Assembly: GCA_048013815.1 (NCBI GenBank)
Contig: CM106586.1
Location: 2,108,001-2,172,000, forward strand
Origin: Setoptus koraiensis
Taxonomy: Eukaryota; Animalia; Arthropoda
Length of the DNA: 64,000 bases
Reading direction: 5' to 3'
Shown here: one piece after another, positions 21,995 to 33,499 of the stretch
How the letters are laid out: each line of letters begins with the position of its first letter
Position numbering within the stretch: the stretch's first letter is position 1
Translations under genes and position numbers: made by a program
Notes under the pieces: model-generated
The model's input: the letters and a program-made list of their open reading frames with translations, nothing else
The model's database searches: none
What the model was told of the DNA's origin: nothing

Positions 21995-24973
21995 TTAATT
22001 ATCCGCACTTGAGCCACCTGTTCCATTTATGGGCCTCTCGATTGTGTTCGAGTAAACTGAATAATTCGAATTCTTATTTAATAAATTATTACGAGCGACA
22101 AAGTGGTTTTCCTTCCATCCGCTCCTTTTAAACAATTCTCTAAGTTCCACGAATTGCCACATATTAAGTAAAACCTATTTGAAGTTTTCAGAAAGAGAGA
22201 AGGTTAGTTAATCGTATCGAATTACTCATAGTTTCTTTTTGTTTAAAATACTCACCTGTGAAGCAAAACGCTGCACTCTGATTGAAAAGTTGGCTCTATT
22301 TTTAGTTATAAATGTAAGTCTCTCAAGGCCGCCTGCTTCGAACAGTGACCTAGCGAAATCGACGTTCTTCGAGATAACCTCATTTAGTGTGGCTAAAACC
22401 GCTGCAATTGTTTCGTCAGAAGCAATATCAGCATGATTATCACCGTTAGGCAATTTCCTTATTAAGTCGTCCATAGCGTACTTTCCGATCAACTCTTTAT
22501 TTCTTTCATCTATCGCTAGATTTCTTAATGCAGTTGCTACTGCGCAGACTACACGATCTTTATCCATCCTCAATAGTTCAACTAGTATTGGCAAACCTCT
22601 TTCTTTTCTAACAGCAACTCTGACCTCGACTGAGGGCTGCCAATAACACGCAGTAAGATTTTGGATAGCACCTGCTGCTGCTTCTAAAGTTTCTGAGTTG
22701 GAGCATTCTTGAAGAAGTATAAGATATGGTTTAACTATATCTGGTTGCCACAACAACTCTTTGCCACTTGGTGCAACATCTGAATCTCCTTTCCTCAATG
22801 TTGAACTGTCATTGTTGCTATAATATTGAGCCGGTTGTGATATATTTTGTGTATTTGTGCGTTTGATGGTCGAGTTATGGTTTAGATTCAAAGGATGATG
22901 GGGTGGTAGTAAACTCTTATTATCTCCATTCAGAGGTAGAGTGGATGAAGTGGAATTCGATGTCGATGTCTGCTCATTTGTGATATTTGATGACCCTGCT
23001 ACAGCTGAAAGGGAGTTAGATTTAGATTTTGATTTACGACCGAAACAAGCAAAATTGTCTCCCACCTTTGAACTGATGTGTCCAACCAATGATGTGGTAA
23101 GATTCCCCGATGACGATGGTGACGAAGGACTATTTTCTAATGAGTTATTGGTTGAGTTGTTATGACTATTATTCTGAAACGAGTTCTTGTCGTAATAATG
23201 ATCCTCCACTTCTTGGCATCTATAAGATAAGTTTCTTAGAATACAAACACAATTTTCCACCAGCTTGTTTTCAACATCCTTCTTAGTTATCGAGGCTTTG
23301 ATGATAATCAATAAAGATTCGACAAGCCCCTCGCACTCTCTCAACTGTTTTCTGGCATGTGCTCCAGCGGATGAAATATTTCTTAAGATTCCGCTCGCAT
23401 TTCTGAAAACAGTGGACCAGTACGTTTCATTGGCACTAGGTATAAGATCATGTTGAAGACAGTTCATATTAGATCGGCACCATGAAGTGTGGGGAACAAT
23501 TATCACATTAACAATTGCGCTGAGGGCATCATCTATTATTGACCATTTGATTTCTTCACATGAACTCAGATTCCACAACACTCCAGTCACTAGTTCGCGC
23601 ACATCACTATCATGAGTATTAATTAATGCTCTAACCAATGTCTGAACTCCTGACGATTCTCTGATAGTGCGCTTATTTTCATCATTTTGCCTACCGTAAC
23701 TGAGATTACGTAGAGCTCCGCAAGCATTCCTTTGAACTTCAGGTATATCTCTATCAAGTAACTTTATCAATATTGGTATACCGCCCAGTAATCGTGTTTG
23801 CTGCTTTATCTGATCGTCCATATAGGAAATATGTTGTAAATAGGCGGCAGCGTTAGCTCTTATTATTGGGTTAGGATTGCTTAAAAAATTGATAACTTCA
23901 TTCAAGTCAGGATCTCTCCATCGAATCTCAGGAGCACTACCATCGCCGGTCGACAATCTTTCGACTGATATTGGTTGGCTCAGGCCTGCCTGTATTGGTA
24001 GAAAATTGCTGGATCTGATAGAATATAGAGGCTCTGGTTTCTCAACGCTATTGTGGTAAATGTTAATATTATCTGGTACCAGTGGAATAACACTTTGCAC
24101 AATAGTTGGCTGCATTGGGTTGGTTGTTCCATAGGCTGTGTCATAAGTAGATCTTTGGTCTAGATAACCCAAATCATTCCCTGGTATTCTCCCATAAGGA
24201 TTATATGGATCAATGTCATGTAAACTCTGCATTTGCAGGGGTCGTATTTGATTTGGATCTATTGGAGTTTGGCATGTTATCATAACGGGATTTGGCTTAG
24301 ATACATAACTATATAATGAATTAATATTTACACCTTGCTGATTTAAATTAATTGGCATTTGTCCAGTACTGGTGTAGTTAAGGGTAGAGTCTAGTTCATC
24401 ATAACCAGATTGTGGAAGAGACTGCGTCATCTTGCTAGATGACCTTCTCAAAGGAGGCATCGGGGGTGCATTATTAGATGTGTGAAGAGTTTGGTCAATC
24501 GAATGTCCGATGTCATTAATGTCATCGGCCGTCGGCTGAAGATTTTGGTATGCGTTGTTAATGGAAGCGACATAAGAATTTTCAGTAAAATTGTGAGACG
24601 TCTGCTTAGGTAAAACATCATGCATCTGCTCGGCGGCGGATATTTGATTGTTAGAATTGCTGTGGGAGTAAAATTCTGTTGAGGGATTTTCCCTATCATC
24701 GGTGATATTGTTGGGGTATGATGTGCCGCTTTCACCAGTTATCTTCGAATTGTCTATTGGATCACCGGTCGGTGTGAACTGTTTTACTTCTCTAGTTTTG
24801 ATTACTTTTTCCACAGTCGACACCTCTTTTATTTGTATCTGTTTGATATTACGTTCAACTAATTTTGAATTAGGTTGACTGCCAACTACAGCATCTTTGT
24901 CAGGTAGATTGCTGTCATCATCCGCTTTCCCAAGACCTGGCACGATCTGTCCATCTTGCGTGGTCTCACCCAT
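21995..24973 (-). CDS. p120ctn: p120/delta-catenin family armadillo protein; exons 24973-22256 and 22174-21995; about 965 aa
   Basis: WRDPDLNEVI...ANAAAYLQH, LRNLSYGRQ, ENCVCILRNLSY and LEAAAGAIQNL ARM repeats. Donor CAG|GTGAGT at 22255 and acceptor TAG at 22175-22177 give FASQ|VLLNMWQFVELRELFKRSGWKENHF, the conserved last-repeat segment. An upstream exon cannot be excluded. Confidence 0.92.
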
Positions 24974-26417
24974 TGTCCCTTATACTAGGTGGGACAGATC
25001 TAATCGAACATTAAAGGATGGTATTAAAAATATACATGAATTCGTAAAATAATAACATACAGTAGACGTGTTAATAGTAGTGATAATAATAGTAATATTA
25101 TGAGGCTTTTAATAAATAGACGCCTTAATGCCTAAAAACAGTAACACAATTTTCTTTTGAAAAAAAGCGCGCGATTTGAAAGTAAGTTTTCGAATTGAAA
25201 TTCGAAATTCCACACTAGACTCTAGTGACTAGAGTGCCCAGCGTCTCCGTTTTGGTCGCGATCTCCCGTTTTCTCCATTTTTCACCATTTACAAGATACA
25301 CAAATGTAATCAAAAAATAAAAGCTGTCAACGAATAACACAGCGAGGAGCATGAGAGAGTACCTGTAGTGAACGGTTTGTGACAATTTTTTTTTCATTGC
25401 TACGAATCCGTTGATCTTAATCAACCTCTAGAATTGGTGTGGGAGAAATCTTATAAAGAGTGGCTCTCACTTTCAGCATAAATATTTTCGAATTTCGATT
25501 TGTGTTGTGGAGCGAACAAAATTTTCTTCATCGGGTGGACGGAATCATGCTAGGAACCTCTTGTCACCCGACGGTAGAAATTTCCCTCTAGGAAGGTTCC
25601 TCTCTAGAGTTGAAAAGTCGCTTTCTGTCTCATTTGTGTCACAAAAATTTTCTCACTGGAAACGAAGATACTCGCTCATTGCGTAGAGCAGTCGCTTGAT
25701 ATTATTATAAACTCAATCAGTATCAGTATACGGGTGAAACTTCTATCATCAAGACAACCGAACTTTCACCATGACTTGATAAACCAAAAATTAATCGCTA
25801 AAAATTATTACACGCGACCGAATCACAACACACACGCATTCTCTCGCATAACTATCTATACGAGGTGGAGGGGGTTGAAATTTCCAACGATGTAATTGAT
25901 TATACAGTGCAACGAACCCGCTTCCCCTCTCTGCAAGTCGTACTACGTTGACGGTATAGCGGTTGTAGCAAAAAGCAGAACTTTTTTGTTCTCGAGTAAT
26001 CAATGTTTACATTCTTCCTATAGGACATTCTTCGCGCGAGCGATACTGCAAGCATCGGCAATAGATGCAATAGTGGCTGCGTCGGTCGGCTGTTTGTAGA
26101 CATACGTGAACGCATTCGTCCCGCCCTTCAGTTCGAAGTTGGAACATTTATAAAGAACATTTCACAGTAGCCAAGAGCAAGTACTATAGGATACTTGTAC
26201 ATTGCAATGCCAATGTTACCCTTGTGTGTATGTTTGTTTGTGTGCTCGTAACCAAGAAGGTTATCACTCACATTTAGAGGATGCGCCAAAGTGTTTTCGC
26301 AATGAGCGATAGCCACCCTCCTCCCCCTCCTGAATGGTCGCGGCATATTCAATATTAATCCACAGTGCAGCAGTAGAAGATATTAGCAATGCAACGTTCC
26401 CATGTACTGCTTGTTAA

Positions 26418-26419
<2 letters not shown>

Positions 26420-26469
<50 letters not shown>
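26420..26469. repeat. (CA)n microsatellite
   Basis: About 25 perfect units. Confidence 0.95.
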
Positions 26470-26470
<1 letters not shown>

Positions 26471-27172
26471 TCGTTCTGTTGTTGCAGCTTGGACACAACA
26501 AGCCACGAAATACCAGTTCTAATTTTGACCCTTGGGGGTCGCTCATAGCTGCGAGACTTGCAATAAATGTAGATAACTTATGTAGCGCTTCGGACCACAA
26601 AGCGCCACCTAGGTCACAAACACTTGGAGTAACAAACTAAACTGAGTAATAATATAAGCTGTAGCTGTAATGAGCAGGCGCTTCTATCCTGATACCGAAT
26701 CTCTAAATATATTTTTTTTCTTTTTCTGTATCTAACACCTTCACTACATTGTTATTTAACACTTTATGTTGTCACTACCGCTATGATTCGGATATTGCAA
26801 TTATCATCATCATAATTATTGTTACTACTATTCCATATAGATACACTAATTGATAGCAACTTCCAAAAATTACATCATCATGTGAAGCCGTCAACCAGTT
26901 TGCTTTTATATAAAACATCTGCTTACCAACAACGCTTGCAGCAATACATACACACATTCGATGTATGTACTATAGTATATATATCCAACAATATCCTATG
27001 TCTGCATGTATACACAGAAATGTGTGTATACATTTACAGGATTTTATAGCTACACAACAAATATCATACAATTCAATATATATTATCAATTTTATAGCCT
27101 AAATATATCGAATATTAATTATTTGTCAAGATATAGCCACACAAGACACCATTGACTTCTGTATCTCGCGAG

Positions 27173-29827
27173 ATGGTTGGTGGGTGTTGTGTATGCTCGG
27201 ATGACCGTGGATTTGAAGAAAACCCGCTAGTTTATTGCGATGGTCAAGGCTGCGATGTGGCAGTTCATCAAGCTTGTTATGGTATTGTAGATGTTCCATC
27301 TGGGCCATGGTTTTGCAGGAAATGTGAATCACAAGAACGCTCTGCTAAAATTAAATGTGAATTATGTCCATCCAAGAAAGGGGCACTAAAAAGATGTGAA
27401 AACAACGGCTGGGCACATGTTGTCTGTGCTCTCTACATACCAGAAGTTAGGTTTGGTAACAATAATACTATGGAACCAATCATCCTACAATTAATACCAC
27501 AAGAACGGTACAACAAGACGTGTTATCTTTGTGAGGAGGGAGCTCGTGCGTCAAAAGCCTCTTACGGAGCCTGTATGGATTGCAAAAAAACAGGTTGCAA
27601 GCAATACTTTCATGTAACTTGCGCCCAGTCAGCGGGACTTTTATGCGAGGAGGCAGGATTGCATTCAGATGAAGTCATCTATTGCGGTTATTGTAAACAA
27701 CATTACAATAAATTGAAGAAGGATAATAACAACAGAGATTCTCCGGTCAATAAGTTGTTTAAAAAGTCTTGCTCGACCAATGATTCCTCTCTTCAACCTA
27801 AGCCAATTGCTGCGGCAACTACCTCAACAGTATTCGATGCAACTGCATCCAATAATGCACCGAATGAGAAGAATCCCTCAGTTCCAGCAAATTTACAAAG
27901 CAATCGAAAAGTTGAACACGGCGCGAAGATTCCAGGCTTTTATTCATCTTCTATGATGCTATCACCAAATTCAACAAACTCATTTAATATAGGTAGCCCT
28001 AACCTGTCTCTCTCAACATCGTCTTCCTCTTCATCATCGTCATCATCATCACCATCGACTTCGTCTTCCCGATCATCGAGCTCTTCATCATCAAACTCAG
28101 GTTCACCTGCACAGGCCTCACCCAATTTTCCGCCAAAATCAGCAACCATTAGAGCGAATCCTGTACACAATAGTAATCAATCATCTCAGCAATTTTCAGC
28201 GAATCTTCTCAAGACACTACCAAACCCTCCCGGAGTCACTCAAAATTCAGGGATGTCGAACCAGAAAATTGACACAGTTCAAAGCAATGGCGCAAAAAAG
28301 AGCACAGATGGTGTTGATGGACCAGACCCATTTAAACCACCAAATTCTAACGTGAGTCTGTTATTGAACGCATCACCGAATACAACTGCAAACACAACCA
28401 GTTCGAATGCTTTAGGGTCCATTTTATCCCCCTCCGGTTCCAAGTCCCGGAAAAAAGCCAGCAACAATAAATCGCGCAGTTGTACGACTCCAAAAAAATC
28501 TACACCAACTCAAGAATCTTCTCCTACTACAACGATTGAACAAAAACCCAAACGCAGCCGCACTACCAAACGGAGCGCTTCAAACTCAAGCAACGAGGCC
28601 ACAAAATCTAAAGATGCAATTCCCACCACTTCGAAGAGAAGGTCCAGGACCACAAGTGGTGAAGCTACAACCCCAAAACGACAAAGAAAGAAAAAACCTG
28701 ATGATAAAGTTGGGGAGAATACAACGTCGAATGATGCAAGTAAAAACTTAAGCACGCAAAATCAACCACCATCATCAAGCAATTCGTCTGGTACCTCGAT
28801 AAACTTGCCGATCATGATGAGTCTGCAGGCCAAAAATCAAACTGCAAGCCTGAATGGTAAGAATGAGCCACCACCGCTCAATTCTTCGCCATATTCGTTC
28901 ATCGATAGTCAAGCATTTCCCAAACCCAACCCTACTAAATTATTGCTTCCAGCTCTAAATATGAATAATGCATCAACCAACGAGTCCGCTAAATCTCTCG
29001 AAGAGCTATTGAAAAATCATTGGATACAAACTTCAAAATATATACTTGAACAAGCCCAGCAATTTGATCTCGCTTCACTAATAGGCGTTCTTCACACTCT
29101 CAAAAATGAAAATGAGCGACTGGAAGAGCGAGTTCGTGGCTTAGCAACAAGACGTGATGAACTTATTGCAATGAACGCGAGGTTAGACATGCCACCCAAC
29201 AACTTGGTGCAACATTTAAAGGGCACCAATTCAGTGTTTAGTAGCCTAACGACTTTGATTACTAACCCATATGGTTCCAGAATGGCTAGTCCTGGTTCTC
29301 AGCAAACTGCCAGGGTAAACTCTAGTGTAGACCCGAGTACGACTAGCACGGGCCATCCATCGTTTTGTTTGAATGGCTTTAAAGATCACCCCAAGACATC
29401 ATCGTCTCCAATAAATGTGCAACTGGCCCATGCTACAAGTAGACCCTCACCTGGTTCAAGCCATAATACTCAATATATGCCTCATATTTATAATTCCATA
29501 AATCAGTACAATCATTTTGGTTTTGACATGCAAAGTGGTCACAATGATTCACCCTCCCCATCTTCAGCCCTGAGTCCGAGGCAGACTCCGCGCGCTTCAC
29601 GTCATACTGGTACTCCTTCAAATTTAATTAATAATATTCCGACAAACATTAACTCAAACGGGATGTCGAACGGTTCTCGAAGTACATCCAACTCAACCAC
29701 TGAGCTAGTTGCCTCCATCGCAGCTCAGCACCAAGTTGCCGCCACTTTGGGTCAGCAGCCGAGTCAAGTTGCCGGTGGCACAGCAAGGCATGTAACACCC
29801 CTCTCCAACCAGCGCAATACAAAATAA
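27173..29827 (+). CDS. MLLT10: AF10/AF17 (Alhambra) PZP-domain chromatin reader and DOT1L partner; single coding exon from ATG 27173, 884 aa
   Basis: MVGGCCVCSDDRGFEENPLVYCDG...HQACYGI PHD-Zn knuckle-PHD; C-terminal OM-LZ (LEELLKNHW...LIGVLHTLKNENERLEERV...RRDELIAMNARL). The track start at 27152 is TTG; a tiny upstream exon is possible. Confidence 0.93.
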   Translation: MVGGCCVCSDDRGFEENPLVYCDGQGCDVAVHQACYGIVDVPSGPWFCRKCESQERSAKIKCELCPSKKGALKRCENNGWAHVVCALYIPEVRFGNNNTMEPIILQLIPQERYNKTCYLCEEGARASKASYGACMDCKKTGCKQYFHVTCAQSAGLLCEEAGLHSDEVIYCGYCKQHYNKLKKDNNNRDSPVNKLFKKSCSTNDSSLQPKPIAAATTSTVFDATASNNAPNEKNPSVPANLQSNRKVEHGAKIPGFYSSSMMLSPNSTNSFNIGSPNLSLSTSSSSSSSSSSSPSTSSSRSSSSSSSNSGSPAQASPNFPPKSATIRANPVHNSNQSSQQFSANLLKTLPNPPGVTQNSGMSNQKIDTVQSNGAKKSTDGVDGPDPFKPPNSNVSLLLNASPNTTANTTSSNALGSILSPSGSKSRKKASNNKSRSCTTPKKSTPTQESSPTTTIEQKPKRSRTTKRSASNSSNEATKSKDAIPTTSKRRSRTTSGEATTPKRQRKKKPDDKVGENTTSNDASKNLSTQNQPPSSSNSSGTSINLPIMMSLQAKNQTASLNGKNEPPPLNSSPYSFIDSQAFPKPNPTKLLLPALNMNNASTNESAKSLEELLKNHWIQTSKYILEQAQQFDLASLIGVLHTLKNENERLEERVRGLATRRDELIAMNARLDMPPNNLVQHLKGTNSVFSSLTTLITNPYGSRMASPGSQQTARVNSSVDPSTTSTGHPSFCLNGFKDHPKTSSSPINVQLAHATSRPSPGSSHNTQYMPHIYNSINQYNHFGFDMQSGHNDSPSPSSALSPRQTPRASRHTGTPSNLINNIPTNINSNGMSNGSRSTSNSTTELVASIAAQHQVAATLGQQPSQVAGGTARHVTPLSNQRNTK

Positions 29828-30266
29828 ATGAGAAATCTGTTTTCTTCTGGACCTCAGGACCCCTAGAATAAAAAAGTCAATCTTCCTATTCATTCATCTG
29901 ACGTCTATGGAAGCACAAGAGCCACACATATATCTTGATAGTCTCTAATGACCTTTATATCGGAATTCATATTATCAACCATGAGACATCTCCGTAAACT
30001 AACTAACTTATCATCTGCTGTATCTCTTATTTCTGAAAGAAAGAATATTTTAGATTGCTCATTTTTATCATAGCTATGGCATTCTAAATATCAACTAATA
30101 TAATCTATGTAAAACAAAGTATAATACTATGGCAAAGCCTATATGATTGAATTTGCAACTATATTCGAAATAGATTAAAATGGACACAATATCAATAAAA
30201 CGAATGTGCTTACTTAACTGACTTTTTATACCAGTGAGTAGTATTCTTTTGTTTCAAAACTTGTTA

Positions 30267-32255
30267 TTATTTATCATAAGCGCGAGGTCTGATATTCTTC
30301 CAAGTCCATCTCTGTTGTTTCGGAGAGTCTGCCTGAAAATCGCACGTATCGAGTAAAACACGATCCACATCTGCTTTGTATGTAAGGCACAATTTCTTTA
30401 GTCCGTGTATTATGTAATGACCATCTAGTTTCCAAGGTCCATCTACCCTTCCAAGCTTGCAATAAATTAATGACATTTTACTTCTAGTTGCATCAACACA
30501 CCTCTCTCCGACAGATAGTCGCCCGGCTGAGTTCAATCGAAAGAGTTGATTACCTCCGAGTGAGTGACATTGGGAAAGAACGACTTGCTGTGGAGGTTGT
30601 GGTCCTTTTGTATCGAGACATTTAAGCGTGCCTTTGAGTCTGATTTCACCCCACTCTAGATTTGGTGGCAGCCGAGGAAAGTCGTGAAACACATCACTAG
30701 CCACATTCAACATGAACCAATCGAATGATTTACATCCTAAATTCTCTTTGAGCTCCAATTGTTTTGTGATATTTCCCGCATCATAAAATCTAGCCAATGG
30801 CTCGCGGGTGTAGAAGTATTCCTTGTACTTGTCATCGAACCAAACTTCGACTACTCTTTTGTAGTTGGTCAATACCAATGGACCTTTGCGTTGATTTGCC
30901 ATCGAACCAAAACTGTATGGCATGAATGGTCTGTATATATGACCCACCCTGGAGCATGGTACCCATTGCAAACGCCCACCACATTGCCACACTTTGAATG
31001 ATAACTCAAAATTTTCACCTCCCCAAATCAAAAGACCGGGGTCATAGAGACCCAACTCGTTAAAAAAGGCTCTGTTGATTGCGAACAACCCACCAGCATG
31101 AGTTGGGCTATCATACGGTTCAGAAACTCTGTGTGTTTTGAGATGTTCACTCATGTTGAGACTTATTTCTTTGTATAGCATTCCCCATTCCCAGATACCC
31201 CTGTAATGCTCCTCATTGTTAGAATAGACTGGTCTATACTCGAAATCTACTGAATCTATTCCATCAATGATAGGAACAGTCAAAGTCTTCTTGTTATTAG
31301 CAATAGGCGCTAACAAAGGAGGTAACCAATTATGATTGACCTCACAGTGAGCATCTAAAAATACGACAACATCTCCAGTCGCACTTTCGGCTCCACGAGA
31401 TCTGCTCCTTATCAATCCTTGACGCTCAACATTCCTGATCAATCTGACCTTACCGCTTTTCTCGAACAGCGCTTCACCTTGGTTGCCTTTTTCTTGAGAG
31501 TATGATGGCATATCCTTGGATGAGAAAGTTCCAAACTTGGCTTCAATATAATCCTCCAAGGGTTTTTTGAGATTCTCTTTATCACTACAATCATCTAAAA
31601 GAAGAACTTCCTTGATTAACTTTCTACTAGATTTCAACAAGACAGAATGGACTGTTCTCATCAAAGTTGTCAATCCCTCATTATGAAAAACTATAACTAT
31701 TGATGCTGAAGGTAGTTGCTCTGGATAATGCCAGTATTTGCATTCTGGATGTCTTATGTCAGGTACAACCCTATCCATCGGAATATAATCTGATGCTACC
31801 ATATTGACGCCATATTCCTGCTTTAAGCTTTCAACTTTCTCATGATCTATACCATCAATTGTATCTACATTGAATTTTATACCGTTATCCCCGGGTCTAC
31901 TTAACCCGGTTTCTATTTTCATTTCATAATTTCCAAGAACCCCATCGCGGAAAGTTGTTGCAGAGGATGCTCCTGCATGTTCAGGATCATCAATTTGATT
32001 GTCATTAGATTGGTCTCTACCTCCGAGTATGTTAGAGAAGGGTAAACGAACTCTGGGCAATTGAATTGATGGATAATGTTGATTCCTGTTCATAGATTCG
32101 CGTCCGTTTTCATTAAGTGTGTGTTCGTTATAACTGAATAATGATGTTATAAAAAGGATGGCTGTCAAAGTGAGAACTATTATTATCATATTCATTAAAG
32201 TCAAGCGTCTCAGTCTCGTCTTTAAGCGCCTCATTGTTGATAATGCAGCCCACAT
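30267..32255 (-). CDS. GALNT7: Polypeptide N-acetylgalactosaminyltransferase, GALNT7/pgant7 type; intronless
   Basis: Type II TM anchor, GVLGNYE stem, CKYWHYPEQLP, VFHNEG, DAH motif (FLDAHCE), WGGENFE and a ricin-type lectin domain. Start is ATG 32255 or 32234; the track start at 32276 is TTG. Confidence 0.92.
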   Translation of the reverse strand: MWAALSTMRRLKTRLRRLTLMNMIIIVLTLTAILFITSLFSYNEHTLNENGRESMNRNQHYPSIQLPRVRLPFSNILGGRDQSNDNQIDDPEHAGASSATTFRDGVLGNYEMKIETGLSRPGDNGIKFNVDTIDGIDHEKVESLKQEYGVNMVASDYIPMDRVVPDIRHPECKYWHYPEQLPSASIVIVFHNEGLTTLMRTVHSVLLKSSRKLIKEVLLLDDCSDKENLKKPLEDYIEAKFGTFSSKDMPSYSQEKGNQGEALFEKSGKVRLIRNVERQGLIRSRSRGAESATGDVVVFLDAHCEVNHNWLPPLLAPIANNKKTLTVPIIDGIDSVDFEYRPVYSNNEEHYRGIWEWGMLYKEISLNMSEHLKTHRVSEPYDSPTHAGGLFAINRAFFNELGLYDPGLLIWGGENFELSFKVWQCGGRLQWVPCSRVGHIYRPFMPYSFGSMANQRKGPLVLTNYKRVVEVWFDDKYKEYFYTREPLARFYDAGNITKQLELKENLGCKSFDWFMLNVASDVFHDFPRLPPNLEWGEIRLKGTLKCLDTKGPQPPQQVVLSQCHSLGGNQLFRLNSAGRLSVGERCVDATRSKMSLIYCKLGRVDGPWKLDGHYIIHGLKKLCLTYKADVDRVLLDTCDFQADSPKQQRWTWKNIRPRAYDK

Positions 32256-33319
32256 TTTTTCGTTACTCTTAAGCAATAATTTATAACAAAACTTGAAGTG
32301 TACTTTTTCTCAGTCAGAGTAGATATGTGTATATGCGTTCCGTATACTTTTAATTGCAATGTGTGAGCTGTTGTTCAAATAATAGTAATAACAGTCTGCC
32401 TCACATTAATTTCATTGTTTATCAAATGTCTCCACTACCGCTTTTTTATCGTTATTGTTCTATAATTGATGGTAGTTGGTTGGTTCATCCATTGTACATC
32501 AAGCCAGCTATTTGTTAATTGTGAAACATAGTGACATTCATTATATTGTTCATGGACAATAATAACACTGATGATATCGCCATTCGATAAGAATAATCCA
32601 CTTAGCTATAGTATATTATATCACAATTGATGGATGTATATTATGCTTAGCTGGCCACAATGTCAGATCCTGTCTTTTGTTATATCAGTCATATAATTTA
32701 TCAGTCTGTTTCTGAGATGCCATCTCCATTAGCTGGATGTTATTGAACTATTTTTGTATAATAACTCAATATTTGTTGTTAATGTTCCGTGTATAAAAGG
32801 TTTAAATGATATATTGTCTTGGTTGATGATAATAATTTCTATTGTTGTAAGTAGTTGGTTGCCAATATGATATGATAATTTGGTGTAGCTAAGGATATGT
32901 ATTTTATGGTATTCCCATGTAAAGAATGCGTTTTAAACAAATCACATGATAATAATTTACGTTCAGCAACTAATAATAATAATGACTAATCTAATCTAAT
33001 CTAATCTAGCGAAACCAATCGTTGATTAGCCTTCTACATCATCATATTGATACAGTGGAAAGAAATAAGTTGATCGTATGCTTCAGACACGTCAAAACGC
33101 TGATGCTTTTGAACTCACTCACATTTTGCAGACAGAAATATAAGCTTGCCGCTGCAAACAACTCAAACCGACCTCAATTGTGCTTGCACACGAACAAACT
33201 CTTCGAGAGAGACTCTTGCGCATCCTCGATATAATTTACCGGGTACAGGTTACCGGGACAGAACTTGTTTCAGGTATTTTTGTATTCCTGAAGCTACTCG
33301 CATCCTTCATACCGATAGA

Positions 33320-33451
33320 ATGATTCTAAGATTTGGCAACCAAAAGATTGTGGCCTCCGTAGAAACAATATTAATGCTCGGGATAGAATCTATTCCAAGC
33401 CAAAAAACGTTACACAGAGATTTCGCTGCACGTAATCTCTTGCGTTACTAG
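33320..33451 (+). pseudogene. Possible tyrosine-kinase catalytic-loop relic
   Basis: LRFGNQ...LGIESIPSQKTLHRDFAARNLL* resembles subdomain VIa-VIb (FAxQIAxGMEYLxSxKxxHRDLAARN). Stop follows immediately and no DFG or other kinase subdomains are found nearby. Confidence 0.45.
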
Positions 33452-33499
33452 TGTGTACAAGTAAAAGACATTTTGATAGTAATAATAATAATAATTTAT

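Noticed and set aside
25791-26640. CpG-richer segment with several short ORFs between p120ctn and AF10
   Set aside because: No family motif, no frame continuity and no TIR/TSD; best explained as divergent promoter or UTR sequence.
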